From: Raillietiella orientalis
Lineage: Eukaryota
DNA: 64,000 nt
Direction of reading: 5' to 3'
Assembly: GCA_036172245.1 (NCBI GenBank)
Contig: JAYWIR010000003.1
Coordinates: 4,712,001 to 4,776,000, forward strand
Below, piece after piece: positions 1 to 13,400 of this stretch. Within the stretch, counting starts at the first letter, position 1; the number at the start of each line of letters is the position of its first letter. Made by a program: the position numbers and the translations under genes. Under the pieces are notes generated by a model. That model made no database searches. It had not been told where the DNA came from and worked only from the letters and a program-made list of their open reading frames with translations.

Positions 1-608
1 ACGGCTCTTCCGAGTGGTGTTCTCCGCTCGCACCTCACGATGATCCCACGGACCCCTCCTTTTCGCCTCTTCTCCTTCCCCGCCTTTTTTTCCCCCTTCC
101 TCTTCTTCTGTTCCTAGCCTTGCATCCGCCGCGCGTCCTTTTGCCACCGCAAGGGCAGCTGTGGCAAGCGGATGCGATCTTTCCGGAGACGCGTTTCCAA
201 GCGGCTCCGCTTCGCTCACCCCTCCCTCCCCCACCCCCCTTCTGTTTGCTCTGCTTCTTCCTCGGCAGCCGAGTCGAGCAGTGACTAAGCAAAGTGCCGC
301 GGATGCTGCTGCATGATTGTTCGGTTGCATGTTCGCCTGCGTGATGTCGCCATCTCGAATTCTACTCGTGTGGCAACTGACGCTTTCTTAAGGAAGAACG
401 GGAATCGCCACAAGTTTCTGGGAATTCCCCCTGGGTGGATGGGAAGGCGGGACACGAAGGCACAGTGGTGGTCCGAAGGCCATCACGTGGATGCAGTAGC
501 TATAGCGCGACTGTCTCCTGGCGTGGATCCTTCCGAAAAGCGCGTTCGGCAAGAATCCAGGAACTCGGTGGTTGTTGAGACCACCGGTTTTCGCCGGTCT
601 TCCGCTTG

Positions 609-614
<6 letters not shown>

Positions 615-644
<30 letters not shown>
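615..644. repeat. Poly-T homopolymer (~30 nt)
   Basis: Directly visible. Confidence 0.9.
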
Positions 645-647
<3 letters not shown>

Positions 648-3600
648 TCTCCTCCCCCTTCGGAGCGGCCACTCAAGGAAGCGTTTCCTCCTCAGGTCCG
701 GTACGAACTTTCTCGTTCCCCTTCGGCCTCCTCCCCTGGTGCAGAGGACGAGGGGTGTCCTTCCATCCGCCCCTCTCAGCTTGCCTCTGGGGATCGTTGA
801 CAGCAGCATTGCCGGTGTCATGCGAAAGCGGAGGTGCCTCCTCGTTTTCTTTCTTCTGCGCGATATCCGCACTTCCGCGGATTAGCGTATAAATAACATC
901 TTGCTGTCAGCCTGCAGTATCATCGCATGTAGTAGTCGGGTGCGAACAAGCAACTGGAAAGGAAGGCTAAAAATAGTTTCTTGGATGCGGGAAGACGAGC
1001 GCAAAAACTGTATTGACGGGAGGTCGCGCGGCAATCGTCGATCTCTTTGGCATTGCATGCGAAGTGCAACAGACCTGCAGACTTGGCTGCGGCAGGCGGA
1101 CTCCTCAGCGAATGGAACTCGAAGCGGAGAGGTTTTCGATTTTTAAATAATTCGTCGAGACGCGAAGGTAAACAGGATGCTCTTCCGGGAGAAACGACAG
1201 GCGAAGCCATTTCGAGTAGGTAGGCCTGTGCATCTTCGTACACAAGCCGTGTATCGGCCGGGGTTTCCGGAACTTCTTTCGGAAGTTCGGAGAGGAGGTC
1301 TGTCTGTCTCCTCGGTCCTCGGACGCGGTTCGGTTGGTAAATTAGAAAGCGGTACGGAAGGTTCCGGGAAGCAGCCTTCCTCTCCGGACCCTCACCCGGA
1401 AGGAATCGTGGCGTGGTTCGAAAAGCGTTCGGTGGGGTGCACCTCAGATGCGTTCCGGGACCTCCGATGAATGGACACGGTTCATTCAGAGACCGCGGCG
1501 CTCGCGAGCGGCAACGCCACTCCGACGAGCGCGGTGGTGCTGGGGCGACCCGCGGCACCGCGTTGCTGGGACGTGCGGTACCCACAGACGCACTCGTGCA
1601 CATCCTGCTTCGTGAAGAGACACCGTGGCAACGACGAGGAAACCTTGCACTCTGCCGGCGATGTGCGAGTGGACCCCCAGGCGGATCGCGGGGGGGGGGG
1701 GGAGGGATCTCCGGCGGCAGTGGGAACAACCGTGATTCCCCGAGGCTGGGAAAGTGGAGGAGAAGGGTGTACTTTGCCTATTTCGCGTCGGATTAGGGAG
1801 CAGGGTTTTTTTTTTTTTTTTTCTCTCTCTCTCCCACGGGACACGCGTTGCGTTTGTGAGCTGCATCTCGATGTGGTGCGGTTGCCACGGTTACGGAACG
1901 AGGTGCATTCCTTTTCGAACGCGCTCTTTCCGAAGGGCAGTCCTTGGCGAGTTCGAAAAACGCTTCCTCTCTTTCCGGGTGGTTGCTGCACCGCGCGGTC
2001 TCTTTCGGTCTCTTTCCCTCGTTGCTAGGCGCCGGCGTTGCGTTTTTGCGTGCGCGTCGCGTTCCCAATCCCCATCGGCACTGAACCTCTCTCGTTCCCT
2101 GATGTTGTTGGGCTCGGGTGCATCCACGCAGCTGTCTCAGCGCCTCCCCTTGCCCTCTTATGGTGGGGTGGCGATGCGTTTGGGAGGAAGGGTGGCGGGC
2201 AGAAGGGCGCGCGCGCTGGTGGGTGTGGGGGTTCTGTGGCGGGCACCCTACGGGCCCAGCAGGATGTTGGACGGGAACGCCTGTCGTCTGTGTACGTCTT
2301 CCCCGCAAGTATCCGTCTCAAAACCGCTTCTCGGACAGCGGGCATTTTTGTTTTCCTTCACGCTGCCCCGTGTCAACCCAAGCTGACGCCACTGCTTGCT
2401 GCTTCCGTGGTCGTGTTCCTTCTCTCTTTCCCCCCGTTGCATGCTGAGTGTACTGCTGCCTTTCTGTTCTGCGGTTGTTTTTGTGAAGGTGCGTGAAGAC
2501 GCGGCATCCACCCGTGATCCGGCGTCGTCACGTGTCGAGCGCTCGCATCGCTTTTCGCTCTCGGCACCTTGTGGTAGGTAGGTAGGTAGGTCACGCGTGT
2601 ATGTCGACCCGGGGGGATGAAGGACAAGGAATCGAAATTGCCTTATGGAAAGAAGAAGAAGAAGTCGGAGGTAGCAGCAGTGGCGGCCACGTTGGGAAAG
2701 GGTAGAAGTGACCTGTTGATACAGATCACTTCCATCCCTTCCCGATGGTCTTTTTTTTTTTTAGACAATTAATTTTGTTAGGAACATGGGATGAATTGTG
2801 AGAACGGAAGGTGGGGGGAGGAAGTTGGGGATGGAAGGGGCGGAAGAGGGCTGTGGAACATACGTCCCGAGCGGGCGAAAGGGTCGAGGAAGAGGAGCAG
2901 AAAGTAGCAGGCAGCAGAGTCCCATCGCCGGCAGTCGCCGTGCGGAGGGAGATCTGTGGGGAAGAGGGAGAGAGGGGGAGGGAAGGATGAGCGCGTGTTT
3001 GGTTTCGCCTCGGAAAATATTGTACGAGATGTGTAAATATTTGTACACCACACGTTGGCCTGTATCGTAAATCGTCATTTCGTTTCGTGGATTCGCTCGT
3101 GGACGAGGCGCTTGCCAAGAACTCGGTGCCCTTTTGCTCACGGGGCGCTCTCTTTCGAGGCGGAATGGTCGCTCGGTCGGGACGCCTGCACGGCGGTCCT
3201 GTCGTTCAAAAATAATTGGGGAGGGGGCGGGAAGAAGAAGAAACGCTCGAAGAAGAAGAATGTGCGTCTGACAAAGTTGTCTGCTGCCGGCGCCACCACT
3301 GTTGGATCCCCGACTGCAGAAGGGTGGGTGGAGAGGATGGACCGTTCTGAAAATTTGCTGTGGCCTCCGTCGCTGCTTCCGCGTTTTCCGTGCTGAGGGG
3401 AAAGGGTGGGTGAGTGGAGGTGAGCGGAAGAGGGAACCGAAAAGCTTGGCATCCCTCGTGCAGCTATCGTGCTACCGTTTCCCTCTTCCCTTCCTCCTCC
3501 TCTTCTTCCTCTTCGTTTCCTTTCCTCTTACTCCCTCTGCCTCCTCCTCCTCATCATCACCATCATCGTCGTCCTCCTCCCTCGTTTCCCTTCGTCGTCG

Positions 3601-4926
3601 ACCTCTCTTTCGCTTTCATCCGAGTCACGCACAGCCTTTAAGCCGCTGCTGCTGTTGTTTCTTTAGCTATGACGGGGTAGGAGGAAGGGATGGTCACCGG
3701 CGGCCGTCTCCCAGCACGAGCGACCGACCGGGAAGCGTCTGCCGCCGCCGCGTCCCGAACGGGGAGTTACGTGGCCGAACACCCCCCAAGGTGTGCACCT
3801 GCGATGCGCGTGCGCTCGGAAAGGAACGGCAGCCTCTGATCGCTGAGCTCTTCGTCCCTTGCGCTCTGCTCTCTGCGACCCCTGGTGGGGGAAGCGGAGC
3901 GGAAGGAACGGAGGGGTCGCGGAGCCGCACGAGGGAATGGAGGCCGGGCGGCGGCGAACCGGGAGCCAATTCTGTGAAGGTCTGGCGTTGCCTTGGTTTC
4001 GAGAGGAGTAGGAGTAAGAAGGGGGGGGGGGGGGCGATAAAGAGAGCAAACGAGGCCAACCTTCCCCCGTCCCACGGCTCTTCCAGGCGAAAGTGCGCGG
4101 TGGTCACCAGCGGAGAACGGGTTCAGAGGACCTGCCCGGTTGAAGGAGAAGGGAGAAAGAGGGTGGGGAATCGTGGAGCTCTCCTCCACTGGATCGATTG
4201 GTGCTCTCATGTCCGGGAAGATCTAATTCATCCTGGCTGCTATTCGAAGGACGTAAGAGGGGTGGGGACCTGGTGGCTTGTTCCTCCTCCTCCCGCGCAT
4301 CCCTGATGTGTGTTCCAGGAGAGCAGTTAGGTCTGCGGTTGCGCGACTCACCGCAAAAAAAAAAAAAAAGGGTGGGGGGTGGGGGGGAGGAAATCGAAAG
4401 TGAATTCTGCAAGAGATGATGATGATGATGCTCAACGCGCGCGCACGCAAACGAGGAGAAAGATGGAAAGGAAGGAAGGGGGGGGGAGAAGGAAGAAAGC
4501 GAACGCATCCTGGAGATCATTTAAACACAGGGAGGTAAATAGGGAGGAGCATGACGAGCCGCCGATTTCCTTGGAAACTGGCGCCCCATCCTCGGCGTCA
4601 TGGTTCCTCCTCATGTATGGCAGAAGGAAGGAAGCGCGCGCGCGCGGAGAAGGAAAATTCACGGGTCGCGAGACATCCAGGGATCTGTCCTTTCAAAAGT
4701 AATGGGTTCAGGAGAGGAGGGAGGGGAGGAGGAGGAGCAAATTCGAAAAGATCATTTGCGACGTAAATAAAACACATCCTCTCCCGACTCCAGTGCGTGC
4801 GTGTCACGCCTTCTGGAATGAATTGTGCAAAATGGATTGCACGCGATGCACGCGTTAATTCGCGGTCGAACTGTTGGAAGGCTCCCCGTGTGACTTGAAT
4901 TTTAAATAATTCCGTCCTTTTTTTTT

Positions 4927-4964
<38 letters not shown>

Positions 4965-7900
4965 GAAGTTTCCTCGGGTGTTTCCTCTGCTTTTTTCCCT
5001 TCCTTCCTTTCTTTCTTTCTGTTTCCTGTCCTCGCTCGGCCGCGGGTAGTGGAAACTTGACCAACGGGTGCTGCCGCCCTCCTCCGCGCGCAGGGGAGAG
5101 GAGGGAGGACAGGTCTGCAGGCCGACCAGTGTGACCACGGCGCTCTCGGGGACTCCTTAATAAACGTGTCAACCGAACGCCTGAGTGCGCGCGCGCTCAT
5201 TCTGTGGGGAGATTCTCGCGCGGTGCGAGAGAGGAGCTCGAGGGAGAGCGAGCGCAGCCTCCAGCCCCCGAGGTTCTCTCTGCGCCGAACAGACAGCCAG
5301 GGGTAATTGTGAAGACTTTGGGCACGGCGTAACGTCGTGGACGGGGACGGGGGAGGAGAGGTTGCATCGAGAGAGGGCGCGCGCGCCCGCGCCCGCGCGT
5401 GGGGGGGGTGGGGTGGGTGGGGGGGTGGAGGAGAGAGAGAGAGAGAGAGAGAGAACGCAACGCGCGTTGCGAAAAAACAAAAAAGGAAAAAAAGAAATCA
5501 TTGGGGAAGGCAGGAGAGGGAGCGCGATGAGTGACGGGCATGAAACGAGATGGCACGGAAGCATGCGAGTAGTTGTTGCGACGGGACGCAATTACGCTTT
5601 TTGCGTAGCTCGAAACGCGCGTGCGCGTCTCCGCGGAGGGTTCGGACGGAACGAGTTTTCCCAGAATGCAATCAGATCCACCCGTCCACGGGTATTCGTC
5701 ATTCAACTTGTAATTGCATCAGAATGAACGGAGTCATCGGAGGAGAGAGAATCCGCGACCCGCTTCTCTCTGCCCTCCCTCCCCCCCCCCCCCCAACTCT
5801 CCCTGTTCGCCCGAACGTCGTCGTGTCCCTTCCTCCCCTCCCCTCCGCACCCCTCGCGCTCCCGCAACGTGTGGTTCGTGCAAGAACTGCTGCGAGCCGT
5901 CGCTCTTCGTCTGCGGTGCTGCGGTCGCTTCTCGTGGGACCGCGTGAATTATGCAATCAATATTTAGGGGGCATACAAACAAACAAACATGCAAAGACAG
6001 CCCGTGTCGAGCTGCCGTTGCAGAGGACCCTCGTGCGCTTATGGAATTTGGCCTTACCTCTTTGATGACGTGCGGCTCGTGTTGGGAAAAGAGGCTCGCT
6101 TGAAGAGCATCCCCGATGAAAGGTCGAAACCCATCCATCCGGGCAAGCTGCACCAGTGTGCCGCTCCTTTCCTCCCGTCTGCAAGAAACTTCATGCTAAT
6201 ATTGTCCGGGACTCCGATTCCAGACACGTATGTGGCACAATACGCAATCTACGCCAGCGTTATGGAAAGACGTCTTGAGAGAGGAAAAAAGGAAAGAAAG
6301 AAAGAGGAGAGAAAGAGAGAGAGAGAAGAGGAAGAAGAAGAAGAAGGGGGGGGGGGGGGACCGCGCGACCGTATTTGTTGTTTCTCACGTGGCAGTGATC
6401 GAGATGGCAGTGATCGCAGGCTCCAAGGGCATGTACATCAGTTGCGAGGATGAAGACTCCTCCAAGTTGGTTTGGTAGAGATTCTTGCGACTCGGTTCCG
6501 TTCGTGGAGGCCAATACTGCGCGCCTTCCTTCCTTTCGACCCTTTGTGTCTCATTCATGCGCTCTTCTGAACGTATGCTTCTTCACGACTGCTACTAATC
6601 TTAAGTGGAAAAAGGCATCCCTCGGAAACATCCCTCAGGTCAGAGAGGAAACCGTGCATCGGCGGACTCTCCATTGCACACACACGCACGCACATCCGCC
6701 GGAGGGAAGGGGGGGAGGGGTGAGAGAAGACCCACCTGAGCGCAACAATGCGAATGCCTGGATCCGTTGCCAAGGACTCCTGCATCCGTCGCCGTCGTGC
6801 AGAGCCTTTTGCGGTGGGGACTCGGTGTACTTCACGGTGCGCGCTTTGCAAGCAGTGATGAAAATCCGAACTCTCGGGTTCGTGACCTTGCATGCCGGCA
6901 GGAGAAAAGTGTACACAGCCAGCAGTTAGGTGTCGCACGAAAGCCACTACTCCGCTCAGGATCGGACGTGGGCCGATCACCCACCCGGTGACGTCTTCCG
7001 TGCCGAATCCGTGGCGGCGTGCGCCGCGGTGATCATGCCACCTCGTGTTCCCTTTCGGCGCGCGTTTATCTGCGTGCCCCGGCACCGCCGATAGCCATGC
7101 AAGAGGAGTCCGACTCACCGGAACCGGGATGCGGAGCACATTTCTCTTTGTGGCAGTGGTTCCTTGAAAAGTTCGTGATGCCCATCCATTCTGGAGCGCC
7201 AAGCAGCCAATCACCTTCGCGTGCGCCAGTTTCCATGCGAACCCGTGGGCCCGGCCGCCGTAGCGGCGTTTTTGACTCTGTAGGGACAGTCCGCCGCCGC
7301 TGCTCAGGGAACCGCGCCGCGCACGCTGTCGTCAAGCAGAGCCTTCGCAGATGGCCGGAGGATGCGTTGAAAACGAACGTCCCCCTTCGGGTGCACCTCC
7401 TTTTCCTCCATTTTTCCTTCCTGCCCAAAGCGTTTGGCGGAGGATCTCGTTTGCTTGCGTGCTGCGGCGATGGGTTACCGCGATAACTTTGGGAAGGAAA
7501 GGTGCGTTCTTCACGCGAGAGGAAAGATGAGAGGGCTGCTGCCGCTGCGATCACTCTTCTCGCGTTCGCCATCTTCCGATGCTGCTGCTTCGAGAGCGCC
7601 TCTGCGTTTCGTTTTAGCGTAACGTGCAGCAGCAGAAGGAAGAGAAGGGTGGTGCACGGCACGCGTGGCGCCGGAGCGTCTCTCCTGATGCCTCCGGCAA
7701 AGAGTGTCACAGAGTTGCCAGCGGGCTTAAAGGGGAGGCCCGCAATGTTGTTGAGGGATGACTTTGCCTTCCACTCTCCGCCAGTTCCTTGCCATGGATT
7801 CTTCTTTCTGCTTCTGTCGGTCTTTTTTGCTTCTTCGTTTCTCGGTAGCTAAAGGGCTTCCTGAGTGGCAGTGGTGGTGCACGGATGCTGCCTTCGTTCC

Positions 7901-10442
7901 TGCTTACATGAGGGCGCTGCGCTGCGGTTCTCAGCGGAGTTGCTTCTTCTAAGAAAGGAGGGGCAAAGAGAAAGCCGTGAAGCAAGTGTGCTCGCGTTGT
8001 TTCTGGGGGGGGGGGGGGTGTTCGATAGGTGAACACTGCCGTCACGATCCCCGCAGGTGAAACTTTGGGTCGGTCACCTCGTCACCCGCGGCAGGTCGTA
8101 GGGGACGGCCGGTGGTCTCCTTGGAAGATTTTCTTGCCTTCGCAGGCATCTCATGCTCTTGTGCGGGCGCCGAGATGCGCGCGATCTAGGGGAGCACATC
8201 TTCCCCATTGGTGCGAGGGGACGACAGCCGTTATCGCGCATCTTTTCCGGGTTGGCGCGAGCATTGGTCTCTCTTCCTCCCCCTCTCCCCTCCCCCTGTT
8301 TCGTCGAAGGTTTGTACAGGGAGAGAGAGAGATCTTTCCCCCCTTCCCAGCCCTTTTCGCCGGCGATTCAGAGAAGGAAACGGCTGCGAAAATGGCCCCC
8401 AAATGGTCGAAGCGGCGGCACACTGGCTTTGAAGCGCGAGCGACCCCACGCGCGCAGCAGCCGCGAGTGGGTTGCGCATTGTTCACTTTCCCTCTTGCGC
8501 TCACGCAGTTTGTGGGAGAGCTTCCGGAAGAGAGGACCGCCTTCACTCCTCATCCTCATGTGCCATGTCCATGCCCCCTTTCGGCAGGGGTGTCGGGTCC
8601 AGCTGCTCCAGCTGCTACATTCGTTGCGCTGCTTCCGCCCCACTCCTCCGGTGCTCTGCTCGCCCATTCTTCCAGCCCCGCCCGCGGTTCGGGTTTATCC
8701 ACACGTCACCCCTCTTTCCTGGCGAGGCGAAGCGCTGGGCTCTTCCTGTCTGCACCTGGACAAGGAAGATCTCCTCCCTTCCGTGGTGCGTAGCTGCGCA
8801 CCACGTGGCTGCGCGCTCGCCGGGGTCGCCGTCGTTGTGGTCGCAGGCGCGCGACTTCGAAGGCAACTGCTCTTGCCTTGCACGTGCACAAGTGCTATCA
8901 GCGCGCCGTCTTCCTCCTCCTTCCCCTCTTCTACTCCCTTGTCTTTCTCTTCCCTTCCTCTTCCTCCTGGGTGCTTGCTCGGCGGATGATGGCCGTCCTG
9001 TCCGGTGCTCGCGGTGCCTCCTCCAGGGTAAGGCGTCAATGGCGTGGCTTTTCCCGGTGCCAGCTGGAAGTGGAGCGGGAGATGGATCTGCACACCTGGT
9101 CTCCTGGTTGCGTGGCGGCGACCTCGGGACTCCCCGCCCTGTTTCCGAGGGGGACGCATCTCGCCGCAGGCGGCCTCCATATTTCATTTCACCCCCCCCC
9201 CCCTCTTCCTTTTCCGGCCTGCGTGTACTGGCAGCCGAGTCGACCTCGCAGGCCGCGCGGGCAAAGGGCAGTCGACCCCCTCCGTGCCTTGCTTTCCCCC
9301 CAGAGATCTTCCGCATTTTAATATTCTTTTCTGCTTGCACCCCTCCCTCGTTTGGCAGCGGATCGCCTGGCGGAGCGAGGAACCCGGTGCGTGATAGCTG
9401 CATCCCTCCCCGTCCCTTCGGCTCCACAGGAGTCAGGGGACGGGAACGGAATTGCTGAGGAAGGAGAGGGGAGAACGAAGTTTCCCCGTGCTCACGTCGT
9501 CTTCGCGTGCGGCGGTGGTCGGCTGCTGCCATCAGGCTGTTGGATAGTGCTCGCACTCCGTAGATGGCAGGGGCGCTCTCCCCGCCTCCATGCCTCACCC
9601 CAAGGCGGAGTGAGGCAAGGAGGGATGCTGCTCTCCCTCTTCCTTCCTTTTCTTCCCTCCGGGTGGCAGAAGTGGATCTCGCCAGGTTTACTTTGAAACT
9701 CTCCTGCCGAGCACGCAGGAAATGCCGGGCGCTCCCGGTAGAGGCGCCGTGGCCTCCCTCCCCCTTCACCCCCTATGCTCCCACCTTTTTTCATCGTTGC
9801 CTTCCAGAAGAGCGGCCTCCGCTGCCCGACGCTCGCGAGCTGCGAGCCAGGGAAGTCGTTGCTGGGCAACCGGCGGACCGCTGGCTCTGCTCCTGCGCCG
9901 CGTCTCGCGGTCTCCGGGAGGAGCAGGGCACAGCGTCCTCGGGTGGGTGCTACGCTCCGCTTTCCGAAGGCACTCGTTCTTCCCGCTCCGTCGGAATGCA
10001 CGGAAGCCGTCTCTTGGCGTCGTCCGCATGACGCCACCGGGAGGGGGAGAAACGTGTCCCCGGGGCGAGCGTGACGGCGCGCCTGTTTCCCAGCTGTTCT
10101 TTCCCCAGTGGGACCTCGGGCGGGGGCGGTGTGTACTTTCGCTGAGCAGTCCCCTCCCCTTCTCCCCCCCCCTCTTCACCTGCTGGCGTGGCAACGAGAG
10201 CTCCTCCAGCCGTCCCGGGCATGGCAGGACTCGCCCAAGAACGATCCTTTTGGGAAGACGGCGGGAGAAGGAAAGCGGGTCAGCGGCTGCGACCTCGTCG
10301 GACGCCGCGAGTCTCCGATCACGGTGCACGCGTGCCCGTGGTCTGCGGGAGTGGAGCGGTGGTCTGCGGAAACGGGGGGCGGGCGGGAGAGGAGACGGGG
10401 GGATGCAGGGTGCGGACAGAATCTAATGAAGTCTCTCCCAAG

Positions 10443-13400
10443 GTGAGGATTACATCTGGGGTACCGGGAACGTCGGAGTCCGGTGCAAAGGTAAGCGGCG
10501 GAGGGAGGGGGTTGCCCCGTCCCGAGCGCACAGATTCGGCCCCTGCCCGCGAGCACTCGCGCGCGCCACCTATCCTGACCTCTTGCTCTGCCTCCGCGCA
10601 GGCAGAGCGCCTCCTCCCTCCATCCGCTGCTGCTGACGCCGATGCGGCAAACGCGACGGCAGGTCCAATCCAACCCTTCCCGCTCGGAATGGGGTGGAGA
10701 AGGAGAGCGTTCCCCCTTCCCATAGCTCACCTTCTTTCCCCGCGCGTTCACCCTGCAGATGGAAGGGCGCGACCTCGCCAACCTCAGCAGGCCCCACCTC
10801 GTGATCTCCCCCCCCCCCTCCATCGTCCCCGTTTCACTCGCCGTCCGCCCTGCTTTGGGTCTGGATCCGGGTCCTCCGTCGACTCGTCGCGGACCGCGCC
10901 GGGGAAGCTCCCCGAAGGGCGATTCCTCGCACGATGGGCGCAGAGCACCGAACCCGCCCTTGCCGGCGGGTTCTGTCGGTCCGTTCGGAGCGCCTTTTTT
11001 GCCTCGGCTCCCCCTCTGACGCCGCCGCACGTGGGCGGGTGGACGGGCGCCGCGGTCGTCCCGCCGTCATTTATCTTGGGACGACCTCGTGTCCCCCCCC
11101 CCCTCCTCCCTTTCTGTCTCCCTTCCGCGCGCGTCAAGATCAAGATCGTTCCTTATGTGTCACCCTCCCCTTCCTTCGCCCCTTCCCGCTACTCTGTGCA
11201 GACTCGCCGGAAAAACGCGCCAGGACCAGTCATCCTGGGACCTCTGTCCCTTCTTCCTTCGCCGGTCGATGGTTCCACGACGTCGTGATCGCGTCTCCTG
11301 CGAGGCCTGTGCGTTCCGTTCCGAGTCGCTCGCGAACAGCTTCCGGCACGCGCGCGCGTCGCTCGCTGGTTCGCTCCTCGCGCGTGCGTGTCCCCAGGCG
11401 CGCACTCCCCTCACCAGCGGTAGGCAGGGTTTACCCGCACCCCCTTCTCCCTTTCTCCTTATCTCCTGTGCCTCTCCCGGGAGGCGGTGGCACGTGCGCG
11501 CTCGCGCTCCACTGCCTTTCGTGTGCAATTTGCGTGCGCGCGCGCGTCACCGCATGCAGTCCCAGCCATGAGCGTCCCTCTCCCTCTTCCCCCTACCACC
11601 TTGGGGACCGGTGCGGACCGGGTATTCGCGAACTCCTCGAGACTGTGGGTACGGGAAGGAGGTAGTTGCGTCCTCCTCTCACGCACGCACGCACGCACGC
11701 ACGCACGAAGGGACGGACGGACGGACGGATGGACGCACGCGCAGGAGCGCGCTTAGCAGCAGCTCGCATTCCTGCACCGCCCGGACCGCAAGCCAAGCGG
11801 CGTCCCCTGCGCCAATCGCGAGCCGCGCGCGCGAGACAGGTAGCGGAGGCGCACGGCGCATGCGCCGCGAGCGTCCCCCCGCCTCCATTTGCAGATCGCC
11901 CGCCGTGAGTCCCGGAGCCGGTCGCCCGCGTGCCTGTCGCCGCCGCGTTGGCCGCCGCCGTGCACGGGTGAAACCGTGCCTCCGCACGCAGTCGCAACGC
12001 CGCGATGCTGGGTGGCTCCTCGCCTGCCTCCCCGCGCTGATCCGGTGCTGCTCCTTGTGATACAGTTGACGACTTCCTTCGCACGCGTGTGATCCGCCCC
12101 TAGGATGGCCAACGATGCCGATTTGCACGGCGAGCAGGCGGGATTCGTCACCATGGGGAGGAAAAAAAGACCCGTGCTAGGTGTGGACGGAGAGAATTAC
12201 ATTATGAAAGTGACCACCCTCAGTGGTAGGGATAATGGCGGACTCGATGACGTTTCTGTGAACGACAAAGTTGACCAAGTGATAGAATTTGTGAACTGCG
12301 TGCGGTCTTCTTGTTGCTGCCATCACTGTAATTGTTTTCTTCAATCAGAGTGTCAAGCGTGCTTCCATAATGTTTGCTTGCCGTTCAACTCTCGCCATGG
12401 GTGCCAGCGCAACGCGAGCACAATGCCATCCATCACCATCGACAAGCAAGTGGTAAGTCCAGCATGAAGGCCTGCCAGTTGCTGCTTCTCTTCGCCGGGA
12501 TGCAGCAGCAGCAGCAGCCTCTGCTTGCTGCTGCTGCTGCTGCTGCTGCTGTTCAGGGGAGCCTTTGGCGCGTGGGAGGTGGCCGGTTTTTCACGTTGCT
12601 TCTTTTTGCTTGCTTTTTGTTTGGAAACTGGGAGGGAAGGGGAAAAGAGGGGGGGGGGAGGGAGGGAAGGCAGCTGAGCAAGGATTTGCAAGTGACGTTG
12701 AAATACACGTTCGTTTCCATTTCTGTGCCGTCGGGCGTGTTTCTCTTGTTCATTTTTTTTTTTTTTTTTTCCCCGCCTTCTCTCTTACCGGCAATGAGTT
12801 GCGCGCGTGGCGCCGTGTTCACCGCTCGCATCTGTCGACCCACGAGCGCCAAGGAAAGCAACTCTGCATCTTTTAAGGGCGGGCTTGCTTTCCTTGGCGC
12901 TCGTAGGTCGCCTCCGCTACTCCTGTTGGGTGGCGGATTTCGTTCATTGCTACTTGAGATGTCGAAAAACCCGTGTTTCGCAAAAATAAGGCCGGTGTGT
13001 GCGCGTGCATACATGTGTTCCTCCCGTGTGCTCCAGCTGGCCGCTCAGCAACCGTGGTCGCCAGGGAACACGAGCTTGCACGGTACGCACGCGTGGCACA
13101 CCTCCTCCACCATGATTTCCTGGTTGGCCAACAAACGAGAGCTGTCTTCTCCCCCCCCCCCCTCCTCGTGTAATTGTTGCGTCCCGAGCGTCGCATGTTG
13201 CGACATATTTTCATTGGATATCCATCTTCCAATGAGATTCCATATCCGCCAGTAGCTATGCCGATCCGCTCGGTTCGCGCATAGGCGAGAGGACACAAAG
13301 AGAGCAGCGCGTAACCCAGCGACGTGTCTGCACGTCTTCCCCCGGTGCGAGCGTCGGATGGCAGCAACCAGCTCTCGCGCTCCGAATTTTCGGCAGCAGA

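Noticed and set aside
8970..9033. PVRCSRCLLQG|gtaagg as the missing first half of C1
   Set aside because: The spacing to YIWG would be four residues too long, and there is no upstream His or convincing acceptor.
1..10442. Dozens of 60-380-aa ORFs on both strands
   Set aside because: They are Arg/Pro/Gly/Ser-rich products of GC-rich, simple-repeat DNA with no domain motifs. The region is probably intronic or upstream sequence of the PI3K gene.
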